A stretch of 64,000 bases of DNA from Takakia lepidozioides (GCA_030704615.1 CM060733.1:22692001-22756000), one strand, 5' to 3'. Counted from the first letter of the stretch, positions 1 to 12,974 are shown. Numbers and translations: made by a program. Notes: generated by a model not told the origin, from the sequence alone.

Positions 1-667
1 TCTACAGTAATTGAGGGTGGCGGTGAAGGTGGTCTGAACCGAATACCTCGTCTTGTGAACCCACTCTCACTGTTATGCCTGTAGCCGTACTCCCCTCAAA
101 ACCCTTGGGTAACTCCGTAATGACACTCACAATGTGCACCTCCTCCACGTGACACTATAAGGCTCTAGTACTAATCTAATAGTGACACGGGTGGGCACCT
201 GTTGCAGTTTAAGGGTCATATCCCAATGGCTCAGGGCACCTGCACCTGCATCCACCGCAAGAACTCCTATGGTTGGCTGGTCATCAACCCAGCCTCACCA
301 TAGAAGAAACACTGGTGGTCTTGCTGGTCATCACTCCAGCCTCACCACCGACAGCATACTCTAGGATTGACCGGTGATCAAATCCGGCCTAATCCCTATG
401 AAAGCAAGCGCCCACACAAAACCAACATGGCGCACAGTCAAGCATGCAGGTGTTGGGGGGGATCCAAACACAAGAAATCAAAACATCAACACCCCCACAC
501 CAAAATCCAGCTGCAATGCTGATCCTGCAGAATAGCCCAGCCCAAAACCCCGGACTGACTGACCTCCACCAAGAGAGGCTTTGGCAACTACAAGTACAAG
601 GTAATAAAAATAGTACAGAGATGGAGGGGAAGAATAGAAGCCCGACCAAGCAAGATCTAATCCTGAT

Positions 668-1417
668 CTATGCTATCAACTGCCAGACTTCTCTCAAAGT
701 GCCTCGCTCTGCATGATGGTAAGGTGTAGGAGGTATATCTATGTCCAGAAACCTGCCACTAACCTTGTCCCAAGCTACAGTAGCTCGCTCTAACCAACCC
801 TCCTCCTCTTTCTGCCAGGTAGAGACAAAGCAATACTCCCCTATCTCCCGCTCACTGAATACTAAAGAAAACAAAGGTAGGGTCTGATAGTCTCTCAACT
901 CGAAAGCTTTGAGACGGTTGCGGGTGTCCTCATTGCGAATGACTGCATCTCCTTCACGCACAACAAACATGTCATTGCTGATGAACCCCCGCTCGTGGTT
1001 GCCCTGTGCAGAGCGTATCCGGCTGCAACCATGTCTGATTGCACAAACTTGTGTAGCTCCTGCTCCTCTGCTCCAGTACACCACGGCCTTGTGGCTGAAC
1101 ACCTTGGTCCCCGGGGCTGTCTTTGGCTGTGTTCCAAGCCTAGCTTTCACCCACTTTGGTATTTCACCTACAGCTGCAGAACTGCTGGCTCCAACAGAGT
1201 TCTGACTGTCCAAGGCGATATTGAGGCCCTCAATGCCAACTACAGCAGTCTGTTGTCTACTGCTAATGCCTGACTCCCAGTATGCAATCAACTCGTCCAA
1301 CTGTTCTCCACTCAAATCAGTCTGAGTTCCTTGGGAAACATAAATCCTGTCCCCTTGTGTGCACAGGCTAAGAGAAGAGACCTGCCCTTCAATTACGTCC
1401 TCATTTCCCCCAGCCAT
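668..1417 (-). CDS. Hypothetical 249-aa ORF, probably TE-associated; no recognisable domain
   Basis: ATG-started, uninterrupted 750-nt ORF in the ORF track; no motif recognised. Confidence 0.3.
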   Translation of the reverse strand: MAGGNEDVIEGQVSSLSLCTQGDRIYVSQGTQTDLSGEQLDELIAYWESGISSRQQTAVVGIEGLNIALDSQNSVGASSSAAVGEIPKWVKARLGTQPKTAPGTKVFSHKAVVYWSRGAGATQVCAIRHGCSRIRSAQGNHERGFISNDMFVVREGDAVIRNEDTRNRLKAFELRDYQTLPLFSLVFSEREIGEYCFVSTWQKEEEGWLERATVAWDKVSGRFLDIDIPPTPYHHAERGTLREVWQLIA

Positions 1418-2257
1418 GCAAGGAGTACATCCACAGATTTGTCTCTCATATAGACCAGCACAGGTTCTAGAGACAGGATTGTGGATCTTTTATGGCACAC
1501 TCACACTCTAAAAATTCCATAGATTTTTAGCAGAGTCCCAAAAACAGAAACCAGGTCTAGGTAGGTAGATTTCCCCTTTCTGCAGCTATCCTCCCAAAAA
1601 CTGAGTCAAACGGAGTCCATCTGACAAAGTTATGACCAGTTAGGCTCTAAATCATTTAAATTAGATCAAAAGGTTTTTTTTTTTTTTAACACCAAAACGT
1701 TCTCGCCATTACAACCTGTTCCCAGGTTATCTATGGGTTCCCGAGGCCGTTCCCCTCCAGGCTTCTCCAGGCACCAAGAACTCTCCAACTCCAAGACTCG
1801 ACCTCAGTTATGGATGGGGTATCACACCCTGGAGCAGCAGGCGTGCGATAACGGATTGCCCTGCATCACCGAATTGGGGACAACGGCAGAGCTCGAGCGC
1901 CTGGGCTTAAGCGCATCCGAGATTGATGATCTCCGACACAGTCTCAAGGCATTTCCACATGCCTTTCAGCTCTACATCAGCGGCAGATTTTGAGAAGTCA
2001 TGCAGACAGACTGCTACAGCCTAACACTTTACAGCAAATTGAAATTCCTTGTGTCTGGGCATCAACACCGAAAACCTATGTAGGTACGCATGCAAAAATT
2101 GTTGCTGATGGCTGATATATGTGCCTATTCAAGAGGCCCGTTGCAGGTTAAAGGACGATTGGCAGGAAAATAGGCAAGAGTACTTTCCACTGAGCTGACC
2201 TTACGATCCCCAGAACTACTTGGAAACGGTAGCAACGAGAGCAGAGGTCGGACCTCA

Positions 2258-2575
2258 TCAGTGGGAGGGCACCCAGATGAGATCATTCTGAGTTGACCAA
2301 TGGCATGCTTCGGCTCCCTGAATAATGTTGAGAGCCGTGAAGGCAGGATGCTCTGATGCCCAGAGACTGGTATCCAAATGACATATGGCGACTGCGTGAA
2401 TGATTGATCCATCTACAGCTGCCAACGACGCCTGCACCACCTTGGTTCCTGTGACATGATGGCAGTAGTAGAGAGCCGAAGGAAACATAACGTTGTGGCA
2501 AATGACAACATTCTCGCCCTCTACCACACTTTGCTTGGTAAAGTCAACAACCTTCACTGGTGCCTTGGTAATGCC
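2258..2575 (-). pseudogene. BURP-domain C-terminal fragment
   Basis: Four spaced CH dipeptides plus a terminal Trp (VICH..YYCH..AICH..EACHW..LIW), the BURP signature; N-terminus absent. Confidence 0.85.
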
Positions 2576-2621
2576 TACACGTCCCACTGATTTTGGTGAA
2601 CAAGACTGACAAGGCCAACAG

Positions 2622-3390
2622 TTTTTTTTTTTTTTTTTTTTTTCAAGAAAGCTGATGGGTGCTTTCAGCAGGCAAGTGAGAGTGGATTGCTCAGGTGCGT
2701 GGCCCAGTTGTCTAAGGGACCCTTGCCTGTAGCAGCAGCTTGCACAGCAAAACCCAAAGCAGCAACCATGGCCAGCCTTGCATGCTTAATTTCGGCGAGT
2801 TTTAGAACCTCTTTCTTCTCGGGGTCAGCTGCCAGTCCGAGGGGATCGAAGTACTTGCCACCAGGATACAGACGCCTCTCTGGGTCTAACTCGGCATTCC
2901 TTTGGAACTCAATGTATCCTACCACAAGAGTCTCAATCCAGACAAGAGCAGAGATGCTGAACGGCAACGAGAGACCGAAGTAAGAGGGACCATCAGCAAG
3001 TTCCACCTTTACAGCATCTTGCCATGTCACGCCAGTGAACGTCTCGACAGACAACACTCAACAATGGCAAGCATTGCCCATTTACCGTGGATCAGTTCGC
3101 ATTCCCTGAACCTTTGGAGGCCGAACACCTCACTGTACGGTCGGAAGGGAGTGGGGTTGATATCCTTCTTCTTATCAAGACGGGTTCCAATCACGACTCC
3201 ACCAGGGTTCTTAGCCAAGTTCTGGTTCAGTGAATCCAGCTCGAACTGCAGATACTCTGGAGATTTTCCCAGGGACAGTGGATCGAAACCGTAGTCACCA
3301 ACCAAAGATCCATCCAGCCCAAGACGGGGCCTTTGCACCTGGGAACCACAGAGGCCTATCCGCCGACCCAGTCTTCTTAGACCCAAACAG
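2622..3390 (-). pseudogene. LHCB4: Lhcb4 (CP29) chlorophyll a/b-binding protein pseudogene, retrocopy-like, with poly(A)
   Basis: Reads [81 protein letters not shown] across frameshifts near 3320 and 3055. No intron seen, transit peptide missing, C-terminus truncated, and a 22-nt T run at 2622-2643 (poly-A on the minus strand). Confidence 0.9.
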
Positions 3391-4085
3391 CAGGTCCAGC
3401 CCACCTGCTTGTTGTAAAAAGCTTGGACCCGCTACATTCCCAGGAGGTTAGAACTGCTGCAACGACGCTTTGAGTGGTTCCTGCCTTCCTGTTATGCTCC
3501 ACTAGGCACACATAGCCAGTCTAACTACCGGCTCTCGTGACCAAGCTATATTATAATAGTGCTTAAAAACAAAAACGTCACATCTAGCTTAGCACTAGAA
3601 AACTAGATACGGCGTTATCTTTCTCGAGTGATAAGAAAACTAGAAAACACACTGCTCACACCAGAAACAACATGAATCCATCGCTATCACTCATTAAAAC
3701 AGAAGTCGAGCCAGGGGCACCCCAAGCTATGGGGACTCCACCCCACAACAACCTACACTCCCATCATAAGCACACTCAAATCTAAACTCATGAAGGAGCT
3801 CGGTCGCGCAGGCTCAACTCGAGAAAGATGAGCCGCGCGACTGCCGCTCTCGTGAAGATAAGACGGACCAGGTGTCAAACTAAACTTGACACCTGATTTA
3901 ACACTTGACCTAAATCCAAGTGTTAAATACAAATAACTAGTTTTATTCTAGCTGTTTTCACACTATGCTTATTTAACTTGACAAAGTTCACAAAGTACAA
4001 CATTGCCAAAGCTAGGAAACGGTATGAACGGTAGGCGAATCGGAAGCGAAGGAAAATTAAGTTTGAGGCAGGCACGGAGGTCTGG

Positions 4086-4517
4086 ATGAACATCAAGAAT
4101 TTTCGACTACCTCCAGAAGTGAGTCCGAAGTTTGTACCTCCGTATGCGGGCCCATTTCTCATCCGGAAGGTTATGAATGAGGATGTGTATGAATTGGAGC
4201 TGCCGGCAAACAGCAAGGTGCATCCGGTATTCCACGTCTCTTTTTTGAAGCCTTACTTCAAAGATGAAGCACGTCCGAATCGGCATCAAGTATTGCGTCC
4301 GCCACCTATGCTGTTGGATCATGAAAATGAACCTGAGTACGAGGTGGAGGCAGTGCTTAAGTCGAGGAGGTTCAAGAATTGGGAAACGGAGTATCTCGTA
4401 AAATGGAAGGGCAATCATCAAGTGGAGGCAACTTGGGTGCGTGCCTCAGAAATGGGAAACGCATCCGAGGCGGTTGCAGCTTTCGAAGGGCGACCTCAAA
4501 AGCGGAAGCAGCGTTGA
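4086..4517 (+). pseudogene. Gypsy integrase C-terminus (GPF/GPY motif) plus chromodomain
   Basis: PPYAGPF..VHPVFHVSFLKPY..EYEVEAVLKSR..EYLVKWKG..ATW. Confidence 0.9.
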
Positions 4518-5408
4518 TGGGGACATCAACCTTGGATCGTTGGGGAGAAAATGCATGCTTAGTCCGGCTTAGCTAGCTCATGAATCCGATTGCAAAAACT
4601 TGTGTTGCACAAATATTGTTTAAAAATGAAATGGGTTCCAAATGTTGTGCATCCTATTTTGTTTGGAATGATGATGCATGGTATGGTTGGCTAGTGTGTA
4701 AGATGCATGCTAGCTTACAAAAGTGGGAGAGGTAAATTGGATTAATCTTGCGTTTGCGCAGTGCTGAAATCGGGTGACTCCCATCCAAGGGGCAAGGAAA
4801 CTTGCGCCTTCTTAGGGAGTTCACGTGCTAGTGCGCACCTGGCGCGTGCGCGTACTATAACTGCGCTTGCCTTGTAGTGCGGGCTAACGCGGAAGCTACG
4901 TGCTTCCGTTCACGTGTTATAATCGTGTAGCCTCGGGATGAAGTCAAGTACGGCTTCGACATGTTCCCGTACCTCAGGCCAGCATTCCAAGGCGGACCCA
5001 ATTGTAGTGATTGGGGCGCACGGTTGATTCAAGGTTATCTTCCTAGTCAAAAAGGGTTCAAGGTGAACCTTGCTCAAGGTGATACCAAAAGCGACAGCAT
5101 GAGCGGTCGCAAGCAATGTTGTTGCAGTAAGGTGATTCGATCCTCAGGGAGGATCGTTCCTTGGCCTTGAAGTAGGCCAAGAAGAGTGCACTGGGAGGAG
5201 CTTGAGAGGCTCCACCCTTGGCTGAGACTTGGAGGAAGTCGGCCAAACTAGCTAGTGGAGAGTAGAGTCAAGTGGGGGTTTGGTTCTTTGCCATGGGACG
5301 CCATGGTACGGAGACAAACTCCTTGATGTGGGACGCCACAACGTGGATGTTAGTTTCTCCAAATGGACAAGTCGATGAGGACATCGACTCCCGGTTGGTC
5401 AGGGTGTG

Positions 5409-6273
5409 TGTCGCGGCCCTTTGCCTTGAGGGCGGGGGGTCGGGACACAAGAGGGCCGCCCCTGTGATGGGGGTAGTGGCAACAATAGGAATGGGGGCTG
5501 AAGTACCCTTGAGTGCCCAAGGCACTCAAGGAGGCAGAGGCGCTCACTAGGTGGAGCCCCGCATACCGGGTTGCGGTGGAGGTGGATCCACGAGGAGTGA
5601 TGGTTCGCCATAAAATGTGTCGGGACCCTTTGCCTTGAGGGCAGGGGGTCGGGACACAAGAGGGGCTACCCCTGTGGTGGGGGCAGTGGCAATGATAGGT
5701 ATGGGGGGCTGAAGCACCCTTGAGTGCCCAAGGCACTCAAGGAGGCGGAGGCGCTCACTAGGTGGAGCCCCGCACACCGGGTTGCGGTGGGGGTGGCTCC
5801 ACAAGGGGTGGTGGTAGCTTAGCGGGACTTAGTGGGGGTGGCATAGGACTCACCCTGGGGCGGAGACCTCGTGGTGGGAGTCGTGGGGAGTCTTGGGACT
5901 CATCACGGTCCATAGGGGCCGTGGTGGGTGGGCCAAGACTCACCGCGACTCATCACCGGGAGTTGAGGGTGTTTGTGGTGGTTTGCCATAAAATGGCATG
6001 GTTGTTTGTGAAACCCCCGCGGACAGCTACAGAAGTATATATAGGGAGTAGTAACCCCGAGAACGGTGCAAGCCCGTTGGTGACCAAAAACTAGTGAGTA
6101 AGCGAACAAGCCGGAAAGCGACCAAAGAGTGGGGAGCTGTTCCGGACTGCCAACTACAAAAGGGAATTCCGCTGGTTCCAAATCGTTGGAGGGTTCTTTG
6201 GGAATCAAAGGGGGACCGTTATGCCCCGGTGAGCAGCCGGAGCTCCAAGTTGGCCCGGCGGCCAGGTTGGGAG
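5409..6273 (+). repeat. Tandem LTR pair: truncated LTR 5409-~5617, then LTR 5618-~6273 lacking its 3' end
   Basis: TGTCGCGGCCCTTTGCC start at 5409 after purine-rich AGGGTGTG, restart TGTCGGGACCCTTTGCC at 5618; both match the 39833-40561 LTR. Confidence 0.85.
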
Positions 6274-8603
6274 GAGGCACACGAGCCCCAGTTTTTGCTC
6301 TACATTAGAGAAGTGAAGGGAGAAGGCGATGGGGAGCCGAGCCCAGATTGGATCAAGGGGATTTTGGAGAAATACCAGGATGTGATGCCGGAGGATTTAC
6401 CAAGCGGCTTGCCACCGCGAAGAGGAGTTGACCACAAGATTGAGGTGATACTGGGATCGGAACCGCCTGCCAAGGCGCCCTACCGGTTGAGCCACAGAGA
6501 GTTGGTCGAGCTGAAGACTCAGCTCAAAGATCTAATGTCAAAAGGGTACATCCGGCCGAGTAAGTCACCTTATGGAGCCCCGGTGCTATTCACAGACAAG
6601 AAGGATGGGACGCTGCGGATGTGTGTCGATAACAGGGCTTTGAATAAGGTGACTATAATTAACCGGTACCCTTTGCCAAGGATCGACGACCTTTTCGATC
6701 GGTTGGCAGGAGCGAAGTACTTCAGCCGGATCGATCTGCGCTCAGGCTATCATCAAATTCGAGTGGCGGAAGGAGATGAGGAGAAGACCGCGTGCAGGAC
6801 AAGGTATGGTTCATATGAGTTCTTGGTGATGCCTTTTGGACTCACCAACGCTCCCGCGACCTTTAGCACGCTGATGAACAGCCTTTTCCAGGAGTGGTGG
6901 GATGACTTTGTGATCGTGTACATCGACGACATCTTGGTGTATTTGAAAACAAAGGAGGAGCACCTGGAGCACCTCAAAAGGGTGTTCCAGAAATTGCGGG
7001 AAGGGAAGTTGTATGCCAAAGCTTCAAAGTGCGAATTCGGGGTCACAAAAGTGGAGTTCCTAAGGCATGTGATTACACAGGATGGGATCAGAATGGATGA
7101 CATGAAGGTGAGGGCAATCTTGGACTGGGAGCCTCTGACTTCGGTCCCGAGAGTGCGATCCTTCCTAGGACTCGCCTCCTATTACCGAAAGTATGTGAGA
7201 AATTTCGCCAAGATCGCGGGGCCGCTGTCAGACCTTCTGTGTAAATCCAAAGTCTGGGCATGGAACACCTTTTGTGGCCAAGCTTTTGCTAAATTGAAGC
7301 AGCGAATGGCGGAAGCTCCAGTCTTGAAAATCCCGGAGTTCGATCGTCCGTTTGAGATTCATACAGATGCGTCGGACTTCGCGATTGGGGGTGTACTGAT
7401 GCAAGATGGACGTCCAGTGGCTTACGAAAGTAAGAAACTGAATGAAGTGGAGCGACGGTGGCCAATGCACGAGAAAAAAGATAAGGGCGGTGGTGCACTG
7501 TCTTGAGCTTTGGCGTCACTATGTTGGTTCCAACCCAGTGAAGGTGTTCACGGACAATGTCACGGTGAAGTATTTTGCCAGGCAGCCCAAGTTGTCCCCA
7601 AAACAACTTAGGTGGCAAGATACTTTGGCGGTGTTCGACGTGGATATCCAGTACAAACCGGGACGGGACAACGTGGTGGCCGATGCTTTAAGTAGAAAGC
7701 AGCAGCTAATGTTGGTGTACACGGGCGAGATGGCGCTCCAAAGGAAGATCCGGAAGGCTTGCCGGAAGGATGAGCTGGCGAAGTCCGTGATGCAGGACTT
7801 GAGGATGGGGGTTAAATCGCAGTTCCACTTGCAAAATGGACTGCTCCGGTATAAGCAAAAGCATCTCTACGTGCCGAAGGGAGGGATCAGAGATAGCCTC
7901 TTGAGAGAATGCCATGATAGCCCGTTTGTGGGCCACGGCGGAGCCAAGCGCACTGCGGCACTCTTGAAGAAAGAGTATTTCTGGCCCAAACTGAGGGAGG
8001 AGGCAGAGGAGTATGTCAAGACATGCACCACATGCCAACAAAACCGGAGCGAGTACAAAAAGCAAGCGGGGCTGTTACAACCCTTGCCGATTCCAGAGGG
8101 GACTTGGGAAAGCGTCTCGATGGATTTCATGACTGCTATGCCGCTGTCAAAAGGATTCGATACAATCATGGTGGTGGTGGATAGGTTCAGTAAAATGGGC
8201 CATTTCATCCCCACCAAAGAGACGGCAACAACGCAGGAAATATGACGACTTTACTTCGCCCACGTCTTAAAGCATCATGGAGTCCCGAAGGATATTGTCT
8301 CGGACCGCGATCCAAAGTTTACGAGTAAATTTGGACGAGGCTGAAGATGAGCACCGCCTTTCGACCTACGACCAACGGCCAAATGGAAAGAGTGAATTCC
8401 GTAGTGAAGCAGATCTTACGGAATTACGTGTCGGCAGACCAAACAGACTGGGTGGAACAATTAAACACGGCAGAGTTCTGTTATAATAACACAGAACACT
8501 CCGCAACGGGAGTTTCCCCTTTCATATTGGTCTGTGGAAAAGCACCTCTGGTGCCGACAAGTTGGGCCGCCCAGGACGTTGAGGAACCGGCAGTAGCGGC
8601 GGT
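6274..8603 (+). pseudogene. Ty3/Gypsy pol (RT, RNase H, integrase), disrupted
   Basis: [48 protein letters not shown]; frameshift near 7480 and stop at 8243-8245. Confidence 0.92.
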
Positions 8604-9065
8604 GGGGGCTGCTATTTCATGAGCCATGAGCCATGAGCGGCATGAGCCATGAGCAGAGTCGTAAGTGTGGAAAAAAACATGAGCAGCACTATTTTCCGGA
8701 AATGAGTGTCCGCGGGAATAGGGTTTAGGGTGCCACGGTCATAGGGGGAGAAGGACCTCCCGATGAAGGAGGTTCGGCAATGTTATTTAGAATTATATAT
8801 TGAAAGGCAATGTTTCGCGAATGGTAGGGTGGTACTGCTCTGTACAATGGGGGCCCATTTCAGCCTACCAGCCACTTGCAAAATCCACCCACACTCCCAA
8901 TCCCAAACGAAATGAGCAATGACGCATTCTCGGAACGATGGACACAGAATAGAATAAAAAGAGGGCACAATGAGGTTTTATTGATCCACATGAATTGCAT
9001 TTGAAGCACGTCTACTGTGCTGATTGTGCAATCAAATCTTTAGCCCTGTGCCTACTGAATACAAG

Positions 9066-9309
9066 TCACGTTGTCAATGGGACTTCGACTGCTCTCAAAA
9101 CTAGCTCATGAGTCATGGGGCTCCTCCAGGTAAAGTCGATTGCAGCCGTTGTACCGCCCCTAGTGATGTTCACCACAATGTCCTGCCCTTCAATCATACC
9201 ACCATCGAATATGGAAATCTTCACGTTTTCGTCGTCCACACCAATGCGAATGTCCCCATACAATGGAGAAGAGGAGCGCACTCCTTCAGGAGAATAGGTC
9301 TCTCCGATG
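9066..9309 (-). pseudogene. 3' fragment of unknown cargo gene X (near-identical to the end of 51804-52367)
   Basis: RSSSPLYGDIRIGVDDENVKISIFDGG..LRAVEVPLTT matches the 51537..52367 ORF apart from one residue. Confidence 0.85.
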
Positions 9310-10833
9310 ACTGAAACTTACCTTTGTTCCAAATTCAAGCTCAAACCGGGCACAGTTTATTTGGAAGAAGAAAGGAAGGATGTTCCTGGACAGGTTGACG
9401 AGACCATTGTCGTGCTAGGTAATGACGGAGGTTGCGGAATCGAATGGCACGTACCCCCATCAGACACCATCCTGTACCGAGCTGTGGGAATGCCCATTCC
9501 CTTTCCGAATCAGTCGCTGCCCACACCATCCACAAAGGAGTCCGGAAACCGACAGGCGGCCACTGCCAACAGAGAGGTATGCAACGATAATCATTCCCGA
9601 CCTGGACCGTCAAGACCCTCCATAGCTTCTCGTGTGGACGTATTCGACATTTCCGACGAGGAAGATGATTGCATTGAGGTACCCATGTCCTCCACACGGT
9701 CGTTCAAATCCGGCATGGACGTCTCTGTAGGTGCTACGCATGTGCCCTCGAGCATAACTCCAACCCGGTCCATTGTGCAGCTCCTACGACAACATCACCT
9801 CGATGGTTCTTGCTCCGAGCTGGCTGCTCTCGACTATGCCAAATTCCCAGTCAGAAAGGTAACGTTTCTGCCTCCCGAAGTCGATGGCAATGTCATCTTC
9901 GAGTTTCCACCTGTTTCTTCGTCAAACAAAGCCTCCGGGATGTTAACAGACATGGATCGAAAGCATGACGGACACCCCTGGTGTGTGACGAAGACCAGTA
10001 GCACGAAAATTGCTGATGGTGTTCGTGTACGATATGTCCTCTGTGCGGGGAAGCTGAGGTGCCTCAATCCCACCTGCTTCCACTTTCTCTCCAAAGGAGG
10101 GCGGAGAAACGAGACGGATTGGACTGGCACAACGCATCATCCATTCATTGTCTCCAGCCAAGCTCCTGCGGGTTCTTTCAAGTGTGCACATTGCAAAGAA
10201 CCACCGACGTGCATGTCCATGTGCAGAGCCAAGCAATATTACGTTATCCATTTACTCCTGGACTTGACTAGAGCTTGCATACACGTTGGGGTCCACTGCC
10301 ACCCCTTGGCAAGAGGCAACATGCGTGAGGCTGTGCAGGAAGCACACGACATCATAAAAGAGGAGGTGAAATTGAGCCCCGGAGCCAGACCAAAGCAGAT
10401 TCAGCTGAAGGCAGCCCACAAGATTGCTCTTGGCAAAATCATGTCTGAAGATGGTTCCGACCGAGAGCCCTTGACCGAAGACGAGATGCGTGACCTCTTG
10501 GAGTCCGTCTCGCACGTTTGTAGTCCGAATGTGCGGAATCACATCGTATCTTGCAAGCAAGAGTTCGGCAGGGGGTCGGACATGTACTCAATCCTGGAGG
10601 TGAAACGAATGACTAGATATGACTACATCCAAGGTAGCAGGTTTCCAGGGCAAGGCAGCGAATCCGATCGTTGTTACATTTTCAAAATGTCGACGTGTGG
10701 GCCTGGGAGTGGAGTCGACTTGGTCACTCGCATGACAACTGGAAACTTGTCGAATGCTTGGGTGATGTTTGATCACATCAAGCGAATTACAAACCATCAG
10801 TGGGTGACTATGGGTGCGCATGTTTATGACTAT

Positions 10834-12974
10834 TGTAGTGTGAAGGCAGGGGAGTAACATGGAAATTTTTGTTGGGAATCAAATTACGGCATTGGTGAAG
10901 AAGGGAGTGCCTGGTACTAATGTCGGGAGAGAATTACCCAGGCCTACAGGTAATTCCATGGGAACACTATGCTCTTGCTCTGCCAGGACAAAATATGGCT
11001 AAGTCATAACATGCGCATTTTCATCCTTGGAATGAATGATTTTCGTCGCGTATGTTTAACCTAGAAACTCGAGCTGAGGAAAACGAGGAGGAAGACGACG
11101 GGCAACTCTTCACAGCTGCTGCCGTAGTGTTGTCAGGCAGGCTGGCTTGGGAACTTACACCTGCACCATGTGAATCAGCTTGCCTTAAAGCGCGACGTTA
11201 AGGGATCTGCTTGGCATTTTGTGCAAGGAGAAGCGGTGCCTCTTTCTGCGTGGTGATAATCAATTTTGAAAGCTGAGCAGGTGCTAAGAGCAGTGCACTA
11301 CCGCTGCCGCCATTGTCTTGAAGAGTACAGTTATGAGGAGATGGAGCGCAACAACAGCTGTTGGGGAATGAGAAGTGCAGGCTGGTGTGGATGCGACTCA
11401 GGTCATCTGTAATTAAAACTTGTAGTAGCCTTCTGTCTTAGAGCTGTAGGAGCACATCAATCCTTAGGGCAGAAGTACACATGTAGAGGGATAGGGTAGA
11501 GGTTGGCAAGCACAAGGATGTTGCCAGCTAATGAAGCAAGCCGTCATGACATGATGAGAACTGGAATCAAGATGAGGAGAAGCGTTGAATATGGCTGCTG
11601 ACAGCGATGGTGAGGTGCCAGCTTAGCAGGCAGAACCACCGCTTCACACGAGTATAAGACAGATAAGTTCTAAGAGTGTTGGTCTCTCTTTTTGGGCACT
11701 TAGGAATGACTTTGTGAAGTTTTTGGAACTGTCTCTTGTATCTGCTGAAGGGGACAGAAATGTGAGGAGTAGAAAAGGCCCTTGAAAATGGAATGAAGAC
11801 ACTGGAATTCAAACCAGGATAGGGTGGAGATGGATGCACCTGTTGTTACACTGTCATTAGGAAAAAGATAGAGGGGACAAGGATAGCTCACATCAGGGTC
11901 AGAATGGTTGCTGTTGTTGTGTTCATTTTCTTTATTTTCAGTGTCTTCAGCCAGCATAAGCAAACCAGCCCTGGATGTTAAAACAGTGGAGCCAGTGTAG
12001 AATTAGCTTGGTGGATAAAGGAGAACAGGGATGGTCAGACAGAAACGGATTTGAAGAACTGAGAGGGATGACGTGGATGGGGAAGAAAAGTCAATACTGT
12101 TTTGGGGTTTGGATCTGATTTATAGAAGTGTTCTCAACATGTGAATGACTGAGGTTTGCATTTGAGGAGAAAAAGAGAGCTGTCAGGGTGTGTGATTTGA
12201 GATCTGTAGAAGGGTTGTGAAGCACCTTGGCCAAATAGGATCCACTTGGGGAAAGATAGTGCAAGGACCAGTCACTGGAGAGAGAGAAAAAGAGAAAGAC
12301 CGACAGAGGGGCAGATCATGTCTTGTAACCAAGGTTGACTTCAATGATGGATGCACTGGATGCCTGGCTGGATGTGCATTTGCATTGCATCATAGCCATG
12401 CTGTTGTGAAAAAGTGAGGAATCCACACACCAAGGAAAAAGGATTTGAGAGAAAGAAAAAGTGAAAAGGGAGAAGGGTTGATGAGGGATGGACAAATGGA
12501 GAGGCAAGGTCAAGAAGACATGAACCCTGAATGATCAAACTAGTGGGCCTGCAGTTCATGGCAGATCTGAGCTGTCCACCCACCTAGACCGTGATCTCAT
12601 TACAAAAAGGGGCTTCCGACGTGTTGCAGACCAAGGGAACTGCCCACAAGGGCAGTGTTTATCACTGACATAGGGCTGATTGCATCACTGAATACATCGT
12701 GGCAGCATAGTTGGTGCTGTACCTGCAGGTAGAGGATGTTGTGTAAAAGGTAGAACCAAGAGTGAACAACAATTTGACTCCCCATCCATGTCTTCTCTTC
12801 CGCTGCGGCGTGGATGAGGATTGCTTGAACTCTGATCACGAAGGAGCTGAGGGAAACCCACAGCCAACTGACGACAGTAGGACAGAAAAGAAGAACCTTC
12901 TTTCTTTTGCTCCGCTTAGAATGGAAGGAAGCACAATTAGAATTATACAGAAGGGGATTCACGCCCCTTCTTTT
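10834..12974 (+). repeat. 5' LTR (2141 bp), lacking the terminal CACACTACA
   Basis: Apparently identical to 16824-18964: internal ORFs in the track recur with identical translations at +5990. Confidence 0.93.

Larger units (their letters stand above)
3984..8603 (+). mobile_element. Rearranged, circularly permuted Ty3/Gypsy chromovirus copy 1: integrase C-term/chromodomain - 3'UTR - LTR/LTR - RT-RNaseH-integrase N-term
   Basis: High similarity to the 39833-46777 element. Chromodomain YEVEAVL..YLVKWKG at 4086-4517; RT YIDDIL in ORF 6094-7506; integrase HHCC and core in 7442-8600. Ends at the MULE terminus at 8604. Confidence 0.9.

Noticed and set aside
1440-1713. Possible minus-strand LTR start (TGTAATGG at 1713)
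   Set aside because: No partner LTR, PBS or clear PPT within the window.
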